DNA of 64,000 bases from Octopus vulgaris (taxonomy: Eukaryota), in NCBI GenBank assembly GCA_951406725.2, contig OX597831.1, forward strand, positions 28,644,001-28,708,000, read 5' to 3'. The notes beneath the pieces were generated by a model that saw only the letters and a list, made by a program, of their open reading frames with translations, ran no database searches and was not told the origin of the DNA. Of this stretch, positions 25,695 to 41,185 are shown in pieces. Position numbers and translations under genes: made by a program. Every line of letters starts with the position of its first letter. Position 1 is the first letter of the stretch.

Positions 25695-25950
25695 CTTCTT
25701 TGTCCCCTATACCTGGGAAGGTAGCGTCCTCGGGTACCTCCTCCATAGGGTCCTATCATGCAACCGTTATTACATTTTCCGGCTGGATTCTCAAACTCAA
25801 CGAACTGAGACGATGGATATTATCCAACCATCACGTTCTTGGTTCACCCTAAGATCTCCTGCCAGAACCAGTCTCGCGATTCTTTTGTGTGGCATTTTAA
25901 TCACATGTCCGGAGTACAGAAGCTGTGAACTGTCAATGCAGAATTTGTTG
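25695..25950 (-). mobile_element. RTE-type LINE 3' end remnant
   Basis: ORF 25797..26171 contains IDSSQLLYSGHVIKMPHKRIARLVL, matching the RTE C-terminal pattern I...QLRW.GHV.RM...R....L. Confidence 0.65.
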
Positions 25951-26509
25951 TTTTTTTTAAAATTTATTAACGTAGTAATAAAAAAAATTTCAGTGCTATG
26001 ACTTAAATCGCTGCATGTAGCTATTGAAACCGTGTCGGCGTCATGTCTATTCAATATATAAAATCTATAACATATTGAAAGAATTTTGAGGAAAACTCGA
26101 GCAATTATGTAAATATTAGTGGTGTTTTTGAGTGTGAAGAACTGGTACTTGAGTTTCAAGATAATTATCAACTAAGATAGCACGAAATTCTTTGAGAAAA
26201 ACTCTTTTTATCTGATAACTTGTTCCCCACAGATAATGCCTATCTGATAACGTTCTTTTATCTGATAATGTCATTTTACAATACACTTTCATCTAGAGTT
26301 AATTACTGAAAGGTGATAACTTATCGTTGTTGGCAACTTTACAGTTTGATGCGAAACCATTCCAAGGTATTCGGTATTGTTCCAGTTTACATGCGTATGT
26401 AAATATTGTGTATATATGTGCGTGTTGGTGAGTTTGAGTTCGTGTGTAGATGAGTTTATGCGTTTAGGATACGACATACACACACACACACACGCACGCA
26501 CACACACAC

Positions 26510-26545
<36 letters not shown>

Positions 26546-27029
26546 ACATATATATATATATATATATGTATATTTTTATGCGTGCCTCTTTGTGTCTATA
26601 TTTGTCCTCACCCCACATCACCGTTTGAGGAACCGTAACTTAGCGGTTCGGCAAAAGAGACCGGTAGAATAAGAACTAAGCTTTAAAATAAGCTCTGGGA
26701 TAGATTTATTTGATAAAAAGACCCTTCAGGGGGTCGGGGCCATCTGGGCCACAGTTAAAAGATTGAAACAAGTAAAAGATAAAAAAATAAAAAATATATA
26801 CATATGCATTAAGCTTCTATACAGTTTCCCCTGCTCTTAAAGTAGAAATTTCTCATTTAGTGCGTCAGCAGAAATACTCGTCCAAAGCCGACTACACAAA
26901 GATTAAACGCCGTTCATGAGAAACGAACTTCCTAACCACATGAGTATACTTTCGAGTATACGTGCGTACAGACGTACATACATACATACATACTTATGTA
27001 CGTAAGTACGTACACACGTACATACATAC

Positions 27030-27352
27030 ATAGGAGCACTCCGTTTGTTACGGCATCGAGGGTCCCAGCTGATACGATCAACGGAACAGCTTGCTCATGA
27101 AATCAACGTGCAAGTGACCGAGCAATCCACAGACACGCGTACCCCTAACGTAGTTCTCAGGGAGATTCAGCGTGACACAGTGTGACCAGGCCGGCCCTTT
27201 GAAATACAGGTACAACTCATTTTTGCCAGGTGAGTGGACTGGAGCAACGTGAAATAAAGTGTCTTGCTCAAGGACACAATGCGTCGCCGGGAATCGAACT
27301 CACGACTTTACAATCGCCAGCCGAATGCCCTAACCACTAAGCCACGCACCTT
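27030..27352 (-). mobile_element. Family B SINE with tail type E
   Basis: rc of the 13119 copy; head rc ccctaaccactaagccacgcacc. Confidence 0.88.
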
Positions 27353-27914
27353 CACCATACATACATATATACGTACGTACGTATATATATACGTACGTAC
27401 ATACATACATACATGCATACGTACGTACGTACATACATGCGTACGTACGTACATACATACATACATACATACATACATACATACATACATACATACATAC
27501 ATACATACATACATACATACATACATACATACATACATACATTAGGCTTCTCAAAACCAGAAAGGAGAAAACTAATTCGAAGACTACAGATCCAATCCAT
27601 CACTGGAACTGTAAAAATCTGTAAAACTTTCCAAAAGTTTATCATTTAAATATATATGAGCATGTCTAGATATACAACTATATGCATGAGAATACAAATA
27701 AATCTGCACATACATACATACATGGTGGCTGACCCCTCGTAATCGAGTATGGCCATTGCACGAAGCTTAATCAATGTTGTTATCGTGCAATACCTGTGCA
27801 AGAAGATTTTTTTAAAGTGAGGAAAGGCTGTGCACTGAGTCAATCCCACTCACTAAGCAACAACAGTCATAATCCAAAAAGAAGAACAAGTCAACATCAT
27901 CGGTAACCACTGAG

Positions 27915-28275
27915 CCGCAGGTTTTATATCGGAGTTATCCCAGTTAACTGAGTTACCTTCTCCTAGAAGGATGCCCTAACAAAGGTTAGGAGTCCTTGTC
28001 TCCCAATGGTTTAACCGCGCGATCGGGTATTCAGTCCGATTATTTCTATGTTCCCGCACATGATACAGCCTTAAGACATTTATTGGACGGCCGTTGACTC
28101 TCAAGAGTTTTTCCGCCCTTTGGCGGGTTTTGTTTTTCATCCCGCAGGGTGTCCAATAAACACCCTCCTCACCAAGCAAGTTTGGTGGGGTTGCCGGTTT
28201 AGTCGCCGACGACCCGACCATGCAACAGATTGTACTGGGTTACATGTTACCAGTAGCACTCGAAAGTGACCTGAC
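27915..28275 (-). mobile_element. Probable RTE-type LINE 5' UTR fragment, densely hairpinned
   Basis: Minus strand ends ggcatccttctaggagaaggtaactc...ataaaacc, resembling the ctaggagaagga.aactc motif of RTE 5' UTRs; abuts (TACA)n; at least 8 short hairpins. Confidence 0.5.
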
Positions 28276-28879
28276 ATATACATACATACATACATACATA
28301 CATACGTACATACGTACACACGTGCATACATACTTACATACATACATACATACATACATACGTACATACGTACATACATACATACGTACATACGTACATA
28401 CATACATACATACATACATACATACATACATACATAAATACATACATACGTACATACGTACATACATACATACATACACACATACATACATCCATCCATA
28501 CATACGTACATACATACATACATACATACATACATACGTACATACGTACGTACGTACATACATACATACATACATACATACATACATACATACATACATA
28601 CACACATACATACATACATACATACCTTGTTGTTAATGTTGAAATTCCACTGAAGGAACCTTGGATTTAGGTTATAACCGGTTTTTTTCTCTACTGGGAA
28701 GAAATCTTGATGTAAACTGAATAATGACATACGTTCATATTCAAAAATATTTACATATGATTGTTCCATGAACTTCTTTATTCGTAAATCTGAGATTCAG
28801 AGATTTACGTTGCTGTTTATTCAAACGTTTAAAGAGTCAAATAGTATGACAATTTATAAGGAAGCCTATTCTAAAACAA

Positions 28880-29150
28880 GATGGCAGTTTGCGTTATGGC
28901 TAGGGTGTTGCACCTACGAACACGAGATCGTGGTTCCAATTCCTTAATTGAGCGATGCGTTGTGTTCTTGAGCAAGACACTTCATCTCACGTTGCTCCGC
29001 GATCACTTCGACACTTGACGTGTGGCGTTCCGTGCACCTGGTCAGACAACGTGAATTTGATGGAGAAAGTGATCTAATATACGGCACATACATTTGATCA
29101 CAAGAAACAAATCATTTATGAAAGTCTGTTCAACAAGAAATTACAGAACT
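28880..29150 (+). mobile_element. Family B SINE with tail type F, diverged
   Basis: gcgttgtgttcttgagcaagacacttcatctcacgttgctc centre; tail as in the 8505 copy. Confidence 0.7.
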
Positions 29151-29362
29151 GTCTTTCTCGAAGCACGTCAGACTGCCACCATCATCATATTCTGAAATGC
29201 ATCAAAATATGATTAATCACCGACATTTGATTAGATTCCTAATTAGCGTTTAAAAATTATATACCTATCCAAGCATTCAATTGTCCTGCGCAGAATGTTT
29301 TTATGCATTCGTGTGAAAAACATGACATTTTCACCCAATCAGCATCATATATATGTAATACA

Positions 29363-29573
29363 TCTCTTTTACTGTTTTACTTGTTTCAGTCATTTGGTTG
29401 TGAGCATGCTGGAGCACCGCCTTATAGTCGAGAAAATCGATTCCAGGGCTTATTCTTTGTAAGCCTAGTACATATTCTATCTGACTCTTTCGCCGAACCG
29501 CTAAGTTACGAGTACGTAAACACACCAGCATCGGTTGTCAAGCGATGTTGGGGGGACAAATACAGACACACAA

Positions 29574-29619
<46 letters not shown>

Positions 29620-29623
29620 CACG

Positions 29624-29691
<68 letters not shown>

Positions 29692-29850
29692 TACGACGGG
29701 TTCCTTTCAGTTTCGTCTACCAAATCCACCCACAAGGCTTTGGTCGGCCCGAGGCTATAGTAGAAGACATTCGCACAAGGTGCCACGCGGTGGGACTGAA
29801 CCCGGAACCATGGGTTGGTAAGCAAGCTAGTTACTGCACAGCCAGTCCTA
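29363..29850 (-). mobile_element. Family A SINE
   Basis: rc tail ttttacttgtttcagtc, rc head gggactgaacccggaaccatg. Confidence 0.88.
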
Positions 29851-29964
29851 CTAGCAACGTCCGGGGTTGATTAATAAATGAATGTAAATTTTATTTGAAC
29901 AGCTTTCAGGGTATTTCAAATTTATCTCGTTGAGAATAAACTATTTTAATCAGTTCCTTTTATT

Positions 29965-30340
29965 TTTTCCTTGTTTCGGTCGTTGATCTGTGACCTTGAT
30001 GGGCTTTAACCGAGCGAATCGGTTCCAGTAAGATTTTTCTAATCTTGGTACTTGATCTACCATTCCATTTTGCCGAACAATTAAATTATAGGGGCCTAAA
30101 CAAACCAACACCGGTTGTCAAGTGAGGTGAGGGTCAAACACAAACACAATGGTGTGCACACAGACACATATACTACATACATATATATGATGGACTTCTT
30201 TCAGTTTCCGCCTGCCAAATTCACTCAAGGCTTTAGTCAGCCCGAGATTATAGAAGATACTTACTGCAGATGCCACCCAGTGTGACTGAAACCGGAGTTA
30301 TGTGGTTGGGAAGTAATCTTTACAACACAATAACGCCAGT
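29965..30340 (-). mobile_element. Old family A SINE
   Basis: ttgccgaac, ccggttgtcaag, cttctttcagtttccg and gactgaaaccgga in family A order. Confidence 0.7.
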
Positions 30341-30432
30341 ATAGTACTTAATAGCAGGTCAAGTATCAACAAAAATTCATTAATTCGATTCTTTTATCCA
30401 GAATTGCAAATGACTAATAGAATAGCGCTTTC

Positions 30433-30474
<42 letters not shown>

Positions 30475-31188
30475 TGGGGGAAAAGAAAGGGAGAGAGAGA
30501 GATACATCCCGTGTTGAAACATTAATGTTGAGTGTTGCATGTTCTGTAATGAGCTAATGATTTTTAAATTGTTAATAAAATAATCTTTTAAATGCCAGAT
30601 ATATCTGGACAGAGAGGCGGCAGGTGGGTTTTTCTGAGTGTTTGAATGTATACATATGTTGCAAGAGTCTTTTTTAAAAAGGATTTTCAGTTAGCCCTAT
30701 ATATATATTTATATATATTTTTTGTGCTAGTGTTATTTGAAAGGGAGAATTTAGTTCCATAAAGTAAATATTTAGAAAGACAAATATCATTGAAAGAGCA
30801 GATATTGAGATTGTTATAATTACACAGAAACAAAGTGTTCAGCGTGTTCTTACTGGAACCATTTCTTCTGTTTATACCGACTACAGGCAGAGCAAAGCTT
30901 TTTAGTGCAAGTGTACCTGTTCAGAGATGGAATTACAAAAGCTAAAAATGGTATAGCAACCATAGTGAATAAGAGTATGAATATGTGACTTCATTGGTCG
31001 CTATGGTGGGACATACGAAAGGTGCTGTTATATAGCTTTCCCTTTTCCGTTCAGATCCAGTGCACTTTGATATTGTGTAGAAGATTTGTGCTCCATATTC
31101 CCTACCAATATATCTTAATTTCAGTTGATTTTGGGTATGTTCACGGTTATTATCATTATTATTATTATCATTATTATTAATATTATTA

Positions 31189-31238
<50 letters not shown>

Positions 31239-31254
31239 CATAATTATCATTATA

Positions 31255-31308
<54 letters not shown>

Positions 31309-31335
31309 GTTATTGTTATTATTGTTATTGTTATT

Positions 31336-31421
<86 letters not shown>

Positions 31422-31559
31422 CATTGTTGTTATTATTATTATTATTATTATTCAGGTTCTCATCATTGCCATTATTATCGTTATTATAATCGTTATCATT
31501 GTCATTATTATTCTTTCTTTACTTCCTTATATATATATATACAAGTATATAAACATATA

Positions 31560-31752
31560 TATCATGATAGATCGCTAGCCACTATACAGTCCTTATTTTC
31601 TCTCCTTGTTTCTTTCTGTGTTCCTTTCTGTGGAAAAGCGTAGGCTCGAAACGTTAAAGACTTTTTCACTTTCCGTGCGTTATACTAATACATCTGTTTG
31701 TTGTCTACACCATCTGTCTTTGTCTTTTGTTTTTTTTTGTGAATTCTCCCTA
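31560..31752 (+). mobile_element. Family P non-autonomous Penelope-like element with variant hammerhead (31624-31659)
   Basis: cttt-CTGTGGA-a-aagc gtag gctc-GAAA-cg-TT-aaag; homologous to 47645, 47905(-), 51850 and 37085(-); ends in TA/TACA microsatellite. Confidence 0.7.
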
Positions 31753-31756
31753 TACA

Positions 31757-31792
<36 letters not shown>

Positions 31793-31815
31793 TATATTAT
31801 ATGTATGTATATATG

Positions 31816-31888
<73 letters not shown>

Positions 31889-33199
31889 TTACACACACAA
31901 ATATGTAAACGTATATATTTATATAGAGATTCAATTGAATTAGGTACTTAAGTTGAGGCACCAAGTCAGTCCGGTATTATCAGCACAGCTCGAAGTAAGG
32001 TGAATAAAAAGCAGATAAGTAACAAGGCTGTCAAGGTATCAATGCATTACAGCCGTAATGCATTAATATCTTGACATCTTTGTTACTTATTGGATATATA
32101 CATACATAAATACATACATACATATATATATATATGTATGCATATATTTATATATATATATTTATATATATATATATACATACATACGTAATATATACAT
32201 GCATACATATATGTGGACATGTTTACACCTCTGTGTGTGTGTGTGTGTGTGTGTGTGTAAACATCATCCTTGGGATCGGGCTCGAAGCTAAACCAAACAA
32301 TAAATGAAGCGGCACCTATTGTCACGTGTGCAATAAGTAAAAGCAACAGATTGTGAAAATGAAAGCTTAGCGATTGACGATCTGAGAAAGCAACAAAGCC
32401 ATTCTAAGAATGTGTATAATTATAATAAGCTGTATTATCTGACATCCGAGTATTTAATGTATATATTGATTATTTATAGGTGAGACTAGCGCCGAGATGA
32501 ATATAGCAATCTTTGGGTAAAGGTGTAATCCCATTTGATCATCATTGTAGTGCATTGTTGTGTATGGTACGGTATTGTTCGCAGATGTGTTATATTGTGC
32601 AGTATTCTGTTGAGCTGTATTAAGATTACACAGTGGTTAGATGATTTCCATTGCCATATCATTAACCAGCATACTTTTGTGTGTGTATGTGTTTGCGTAT
32701 GTATGAGTGTGTGTTTATGCGTGCGTTTGTGTACTTGTAATACTTGTAAGTTTGTATTTGTGCTTTTGCGCATGTGTGATGCCGTGTATGCGTGCTTGTA
32801 CGCGTTCGCTTGCATGTGTTTGCGTATGAATTTTTGTGTGCAAGAATGTAGATGGATGCATTTGGGCGTGTACCTGTCACCTAATAGTTATTTTAACAGA
32901 TGTCAGCTTTATATGTAACGATGAGGGGTGAACGTTGCTCATACGAAACGCATATAACATCCATATAAAATACAAGTAGTTTTTGAACATATTACATATG
33001 AAACTTAAAAGACACTTATGTAAAGTATAAGAACTTGCGTGTATTTACATATGTGTAAATATATATATACGTGTGTGTGTATGTGTGTACATATATAAAT
33101 ATATGTATTTATACAGACAAACAAACGTGTGTGTGCGTGTATCTATGTATGTATTTATAGGAACGACGTTAGCGCAATTATATTAATCACGAGTGATAT

Positions 33200-33418
33200 A
33201 TTGGTTTCAAATTTTAGCACAGGACCTGCAATTTCAGGTGAGGGGGACAAGTCGATTATATAGACCCCAGTGTTCAACTGGTACTTATTTCATCCATCCC
33301 GAAAGGATAATTGGCGAAGTCGACCACAGCGGGATTAGAACTCAGAATGTAAAGAGAGACGAAATGCCGCCAAGCATTTTGTCGGGCGTGCTACCGATTC
33401 TACCAACATGCCGCCTTA
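33200..33418 (-). mobile_element. Family C SINE
   Basis: ttggtttcaaattttagcacagg...gaccccagtgttcaactggtacttattt...gccgcctta. Confidence 0.82.
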
Positions 33419-34599
33419 AATCATGACTGATACATTCAAATTAGACGTATTTTATATAAATTACATGAAGCAAATATAAATGCTTTAGATGGAAATTATT
33501 GAAATTATACATGAGATATATACAAAAATATGGCATATATATTATTAGAGATATTAATTCATTCCTGACTTTAGTCATTGAAATGTAGCTATGGTAGGGC
33601 ATCGCATTAAAGGCTTTTAATCGATCCTATTCCACTATTTATTCCAGTCTGGTCCTTAGAGCCTATGTTACGAGAGTTTCTTTTATAAAGATACTTCTTC
33701 AGTAGGCTCTTTATAGCTATTTTGTTTTCGTAAACGGACCCTAGTTCGATTAACTAGCACATTAGATAGACATGTATATGTGGGATTTAATGGATAATAA
33801 TTTTAAACAATTATAAACTCGGCTGGTCCATAATAGAACACACGTCTCTCCACTATATTAATGGATCGAAAAAGTGTTGTTTTTGTTCCTCGAAAAAATA
33901 TATTCTATTAGTTTTTCTTCCTTTTTTTTTTCTTTTACAATTCTGAGCGAAAGATCGAAGCTGGTTAACCCTTACAAATACGTGTATCATTATTTATTGA
34001 AAACTTTCCAAACTAAGATAATGTACTTCACACATAAGTCAATTTTCCATACCATGACAGCTAGTCTCACAACGAGTTATTCGTTACCATCAAAAATTTA
34101 TTAAAAATAACCATCTTTATTACGTTCATGTTTTCTTTGTTCAGCATACAGAAGAGAGGAAAATATCACACAATTTCGCATGTGAATAGATAAACATATC
34201 ACGCTATTGGCACATAATAATTCAAAAGAATACATATTCTATAACGTTACTCATATTTCTATGTGCTTCAGAATATTTTTTCCGACTTTTTTCAGTCATT
34301 TGAATAATCGTCAGCGTGAAATTCAAAGTCACGACTAATGAAGTTTAATTTTCTTATGAAATATTTACACTAAATATATTGAGCATCCAGCTTATATATA
34401 AATACATGCGTGTGTGTGTGTGTGCATATATACACATACGCAATACGGTTGCATCTTAGACAAACGTAATTTTCTGTCGCCTCAAGTGAATTCATAACTT
34501 CTGAAAGAAATGGGACTGGCGGAAGCTTATTTACTGTAACTCGAATTGGCTTTCAGAATGTATCATCAACGATAATAACTGGTCCGTCCTCCTCCTTAG

Positions 34600-34632
<33 letters not shown>

Positions 34633-35302
34633 CATCGTCGTCGTCGTCGTCGTCGTCATCATCATCAACATCATTATCACCATCATCATTATCACCATCA
34701 TCATTATCACCATCATCATCATCACCATCATCATCGTCATCATGGTCATCACCATTACCATCAACATCATCATCATTATCATGATCATCATGATCATGAT
34801 CATCATCATCATCCTCATAGTCTTCGTCGTCGCCGTTGTCATCAACATTATCATGATCATCATCTTCATCGTCGAAGTCGTCATCGCCGTCGTCATCATG
34901 AATCGAATTAAACATGTATTGGATGGTAATCCGTGGAGATACAGAGAGACAGTCGGGTAATGAGTCACGTGATCGACAAAAGGTCACCATAACTAAGGTC
35001 ACTCCTATTGAGTCATGCTGATTATGACCTAGCAATGTTAAACCGTTCGACCAGGTCATATACATACATATATATATATATATATTATATATATATATAT
35101 TATATATTATATATATACACGCACACACACATACACGGTCTGAAACGCAGACAGACATTCTTAGATAAATATATACTTGCAAACGCAAAGGCGCCTTCAT
35201 ACACATTTGACTGTATGTTAATACATGTGTGAGTACATTACATACATACATATATATAAAACAGTATATTTACACACATACACACACACACATTCATACG
35301 AA

Positions 35303-35403
<101 letters not shown>

Positions 35404-35412
35404 TTTGTGTGC

Positions 35413-35724
35413 GAAGGCGCATCGCTCAGTGGTTTAGAGCGTCGAGCTTATGATCGTGAGGTTGTGAGTTCGAATCTCGGACCGGGCTGCGTGTTGTGTT
35501 CTTAAGCAAGACACTTTATTTCACGTTGCTCCAGTTCACTCAGCTGTAGTTGCGACGTCACAGGTGCCAAGCTGTATCGGCCCCTTTGCCTTTCCCTCAG
35601 GTAACATTGGTAATGTGGAGAGGGGAGGCCGGTATGCATGGGCGACTGCTGGTCTTCCATAAACAACCTTGCCCGGACTTTCTAGGTGCAATCCCACGGT
35701 CAGTCATGACCGAAGGGGGTCTCA

Positions 35725-35725
<1 letters not shown>
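35413..35725 (+). mobile_element. Family B SINE with tail type G
   Basis: ggcgcatcgctcagtggtttagagc..gagttcgaatctc head, gtgttcttaagcaagacactt centre, distinct tail ending gaccgaagggggtct. Confidence 0.8.
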
Positions 35726-35762
<37 letters not shown>

Positions 35763-35770
<8 letters not shown>

Positions 35771-36014
35771 GTATATAATTTTGAGAAAAACCTCTATTAA
35801 ACAGTTCAATAAAAAAAAATGTTATTCACACCATATAGAAAACGTATATTATAAAAACCTTATTCTAAAAGTCAATAAAGTACTATTTACTATTTATTGT
35901 ACTTTATTGATTTTTAGAATAAAGTTTTCATAGTATATGCTTTCTATAGGGTGTGAATAACATCTTTCATTATTGAATTGTTTAATAAAACTTTTCTATA
36001 AATTATAGATATAT
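35763..36014. repeat. Old imperfect palindrome, ~120-bp arms, 15-nt loop
   Basis: atgttattcacacc.tatagaaa...tattctaaaa.tcaataaagtac / gtactttattga.ttttagaata...tttctata.ggtgtgaataacat. Confidence 0.9.
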
Positions 36015-36141
36015 TTTATATATTGTGAAATTTGATTTAAATTGTTAAACTGAATTTTTTCCTGAAAGTTTTGGATTTATATTCCCTATTCTTCTTCTTC
36101 TTCTTCTTCTTCTTCTTCTTCTTCTTCTTCTTCTTCTTCTT

Positions 36142-36239
<98 letters not shown>

Positions 36240-36244
36240 CATAC

Positions 36245-36325
<81 letters not shown>

Positions 36326-36648
36326 CACACATATATATATATATATGTATGTATGTGTGTATGTATGTATGTATGTATGTATGTATGGTTGAAAAAATGT
36401 GTAGAGAGATTTTTTAAGGGGATAAGTTTTATTTTAATCTTAATAATAATGTTTATAGTGAGTTTCTCTGATATGAGTTTAAAGCTTCACGTAGCCGTTT
36501 TCTAACTGAAAAATGTATGTTTTACTGGTTGCTTAAATATCAGCAGATTTTTCTTACAAGTATACATACAAAGAAATATACACAGAAAAAAGAAAAGAAT
36601 ATAAAAAAATATTAAAACATATAAAAAAATTAAAATATAATAAGATCT

Positions 36649-37081
<433 letters not shown>

Positions 37082-37085
<4 letters not shown>

Positions 37086-37190
37086 TGAAATCACGAAAGA
37101 AAAAACAAAAGACGAAGACATGTAGTGTAGACAACAAACAGATGTATTTGTATAACGCTCGGGAAGTGAAAAAGTCTTTAACGTTTCGAG
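37082..37190 (-). mobile_element. Family P element, 5'-truncated inside the hammerhead
   Basis: gtagacaacaaacagatgtatt.gtataacgc.cggga.gtgaaaaagtctttaacgtttcgag is the reverse complement of 31645-31710. Confidence 0.75.
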
Positions 37191-38412
37191 TATGTGTGAA
37201 GAAGAAGAAGAAGAAGAAGAAGAAGAAGAAGAAGAAGAAGAAGAAGAAGAAGAAGAAGAAGAAGAAGAAGAAGAAACAGCGCAGCAAAAGGAAGAAAGAA
37301 GGTGAAGGGGATGGAGAAGAAGAGAAAAAAGTATATCAAATCAAGAAAAATAAATGTATAAATAAAAATGAAGTAAATGAAAAATAAAAGATAAGATTAA
37401 TAGCAATTGAGAACAGTGGGGGGGGGGAATATTTAAGTCTACCGCGAAAAACCACATTGTGTTCTTCTCGAAAGATGACCTGTGCAGATGCAGGTTTGTA
37501 TGTATGTATGTATGTATGTATGTATGTATGTATGTATGTATGTATGGATGGATGTGTATGTATTTGTGTGTGTATATATATATATGAGTGTGTGTGTGTA
37601 TATAATATATATATATATACATATGTATGTGCATTTATATGTATGGCCATGCATATGTGTGTGTGATTATGTGTATGCATATTTTTATGTATTATGTATA
37701 TACATATGTGTGTGTATTATGTGTATGTATATGTGTGTATGTATGTGTATGTATATTTGTGTGCATGTGCATATGTGTATGTATGTATGTATATATATAT
37801 ATATATGTGTGTGTGTGTATGCATGTGTGTGTATGTATGTGTATGTATATATCTATGTGTGTATATGTATGTATATATATATATGTACATATATGTATGT
37901 GTGTATATGTATATGTGTATATATAAACATATACATGTGTGTGTGTATACGTGTATTTATATATATATGTACGTATGCGTATATGTGTGTGTACATGCAA
38001 AGATACTCTTCTTCTTCTTCTTCTTCTTCTTCTTCTTCATCTTCATCTTCGTGTGAGTGTGTGTGTATATATATATATTATATTTATATTTTTATTATTT
38101 GCATTTTCTATATGTTTAATATTTTTAATATTTTTCATATTTTTAATATTTTTTATATTCTTTTGTCTATTATGTGTGTATTTTTTTTGTACGTATAGTT
38201 GTAAGAAAATATCTTTTTCTATCTAAACAACCAGTAAAACATACATTTTTCAGTTTGAAAACGGCTCCGTGAAGCTTGAAACTCATATCAGACATTATTA
38301 AACATTATTATTAAGGTTGAAAGAATAATTATCCTCTCAAAAAAGCCATCTCTACTCATTCTTTCAAATATATATAATACTGCTCTATATTATTCTTGCT
38401 CTCTCTCCCTCC

Positions 38413-38474
<62 letters not shown>

Positions 38475-38952
38475 GCGTAAATACATGCATAATATATTAT
38501 TATTATTATTATTAGATACTTTAAAGCGGCAAGCTGACAAAATCGGCGAAATGGTTTGCGGCAAATTGATAAAATCATTGGCACGCCGGGCGAAATGCTT
38601 AGCGGTATTTAGTCCGTTTTCGCGTTCTTAGTCCAAATTCCGCCGAGTCGACTTCTTAACATCCGGTGTTTCTTTGTTTTCGCTTCCATGACTTTGAAGT
38701 TCGGCAAAGAGTATTTTATAAACTGAGTACACCACGTACACCACTTTTAAATTAAGCACTGAAAGTTAATTGCCCCACCAACCTGTCACTGTGGTGCCCC
38801 AGTATGACTGCAGTCTAAGTCTCCTGTCTAACCTAATTTTTCCTTTCTAGGGATGCATAACTTACAATAATTTTCTCCCTCTCCCTTTGTCTCTGGTGTC
38901 TGTCTGTCCGTCTAATTGTGTGTCTGTCTCTATATTCTCCCCCCTCTCTCTG

Positions 38953-39500
38953 TAAGGCGGTGAGGTGGCAGAATTGTTAGCGCCCCAAGCAAACTGCAAT
39001 GCAGCATACGGTTTGAGTTCAAATTCCCCCAGGGTCGATAAAATAAGTATCAGCTGAGCACAGGAGGTCGATGTAATCGGCTTAACCCACCCTCGAAATT
39101 TCAGGTCTTGTGCCAAAATTTGAAGCCAATAATCTTTCTTTCTCACTCTCTTTCCCTTTTATTCTACCCCTCTTTCTCATCTAATATCCTTTTCTCGTCT
39201 CCTTTTCTTTTAGATATAACTCCAACTCCCCATAGAAATGCATAAACATGTCTTCCCTTCCAGCATACCTATTTCTTTATTACCCACAAGGGGCTAAACA
39301 TAGAAGGGACAAACAAGGACAGACATAGATATTAAGTCGATTACATCGACCCCAGTGTGTAACTGGTACTTAATTTATCGACCCCGAAAGGATGAAAGGC
39401 AAAGTCGACCTCGGCGGGATTTGAACTCACAACGTAACGGCAGACGAAATACCGCTAAGCATTTCGCCCACCGTCCTAACGATTCTGCCAGCATACCGGC
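38953..39500. mobile_element. Two family C SINEs (38953-39130 on +, 39270-39495 on -)
   Basis: aaggcggtgaggtggcagaat head on +; atcgaccccagtgtgtaactggtacttaatttatcgaccccgaaaggatgaaaggcaaagtcgacctcggcgg on -. Confidence 0.82.
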
Positions 39501-40092
39501 ATACGCTAACTCCCCCATCCTCTCGTTATATCTCTTTCTGTTTTGCTAAACTTCCTCTTACTTTCGTTTTCCGTATATTCTGTTAAAGCAGGGATAAAGA
39601 GTGAATTAGGGGAGGAAAAGGAGAAGAGACAGAACGAAGATAAGAGACAGAAAAGGTGGAAGATAAAAAGAGAGAACAAGAAACGATGGGGAGAGAAATA
39701 GAGAGTAGAGAGAGGGGAGAAAGACAGGATGAGAGAAGAGAAAGAGAGAAAGAATGGAGAGAAAGGCGGGAAAAAAGTAGGAAGTGATAAGTGAAAGAGA
39801 ACGGAAGGAAGACAGACACGAAGAAGCGGAATGAGAATTGAGTTGAAATAAGTAGATATTGAAGTAGATTTAATGTTTGAAGATGAAAGGAAATCTAGTT
39901 TTGATTAGGTAATTCAGTATTCAATGTATTGTTCTCATAATTTAACGTAGCAAACCTATTTGTTAGGTAAATTAATGAATAGATATATAGATAGATAGAT
40001 AGTTAGATATGTTTCTTTATTAGCCACGCAGGGCTGAACACAAACGGGACAAATTACAAAGTAGAGCTTTTCTTTTGGGGGAGAAAAAAAAT

Positions 40093-40185
<93 letters not shown>

Positions 40186-41125
40186 GTTAAGAGTTAGACA
40201 ACCTGATGTATAGAAATATTCGTGTGTATATATGTGTTTATATATGTGTGTGTATGTGTGTGCGTATATGTATGTATGGACGCGCGTGTGTACGTCTGTG
40301 TTTATAGGTATTGATATTGTAGGGACGTAGTATTGGTACTGGTATAGTCTTCTCTCTTTTTGTATGGTAGGGACGCAGTAAAAGAATACATTGATGGAAA
40401 TTATCTATGAAAAGCGTTTTTATATAGAAATAATGTATGATTGAAATTGATATGGAATATCTATGGCTTACAGGAAACACATTTAAACTCCGACACATAC
40501 AACATATACATTCATTTAGACAGTACAGTATAAGTAGCTTATAACTCATAATTATCGCAATATAGTTGTCCGCGCGTGTGTGTGCGTGTTTGTGTGTGTA
40601 CGCGCGTATCTGTCTATATATATAAATATATATGTACATGAGTTTGTGTGTATTTTTGTGAGCGTATCTATGAGCACTTAAAAGTATAGGTATCAATGAT
40701 GCCACTATTAAATAAAGCATCGTGAATAGAATCAATATAATGCAGTGACATCGAGATGCGACTTATGTAGTACTAAGAAATATAAAATATAACTACATCA
40801 TCCAACATCTTGAGTAAAACTAGACGTAACTTTTCCCACAAGTTTTTATCGAATGAAACAAACATTTTATTTTATCAGATGCTTTTAAACCAAAACTGGA
40901 GAAGCATTCTCGTAATATAGTCGTCAATATGTGTAGGTATTCTTGCTGAACAAGGATATGCAGGTTCCTTCACCAGAGTCTTAAATCCAAGGACCTTGTG
41001 ATATCAAATACCTTATGGTAATAGTATATGAAGTAATTTGTCCCGAAGTTAGTCAAGACAAGCCCATTCGCAAATTTCTCCAAACGAAAATGAGGTGACG
41101 TGAAATTCTTTTGAGTAGCATTTCT

Positions 41126-41185
<60 letters not shown>

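Noticed and set aside
28655-28690. ctgaagga-acct..aggtt-ataaccggtt as a hammerhead
   Set aside because: Lacks GAAA and a stem I partner; at most a relic. The motif at 32918-32960 was rejected for a broken core and stems.
34553-35251. 232-aa acidic poly-Asp ORF
   Set aside because: Built from (GAT)n and TA/CA repeats; the unique parts show no coding signal.
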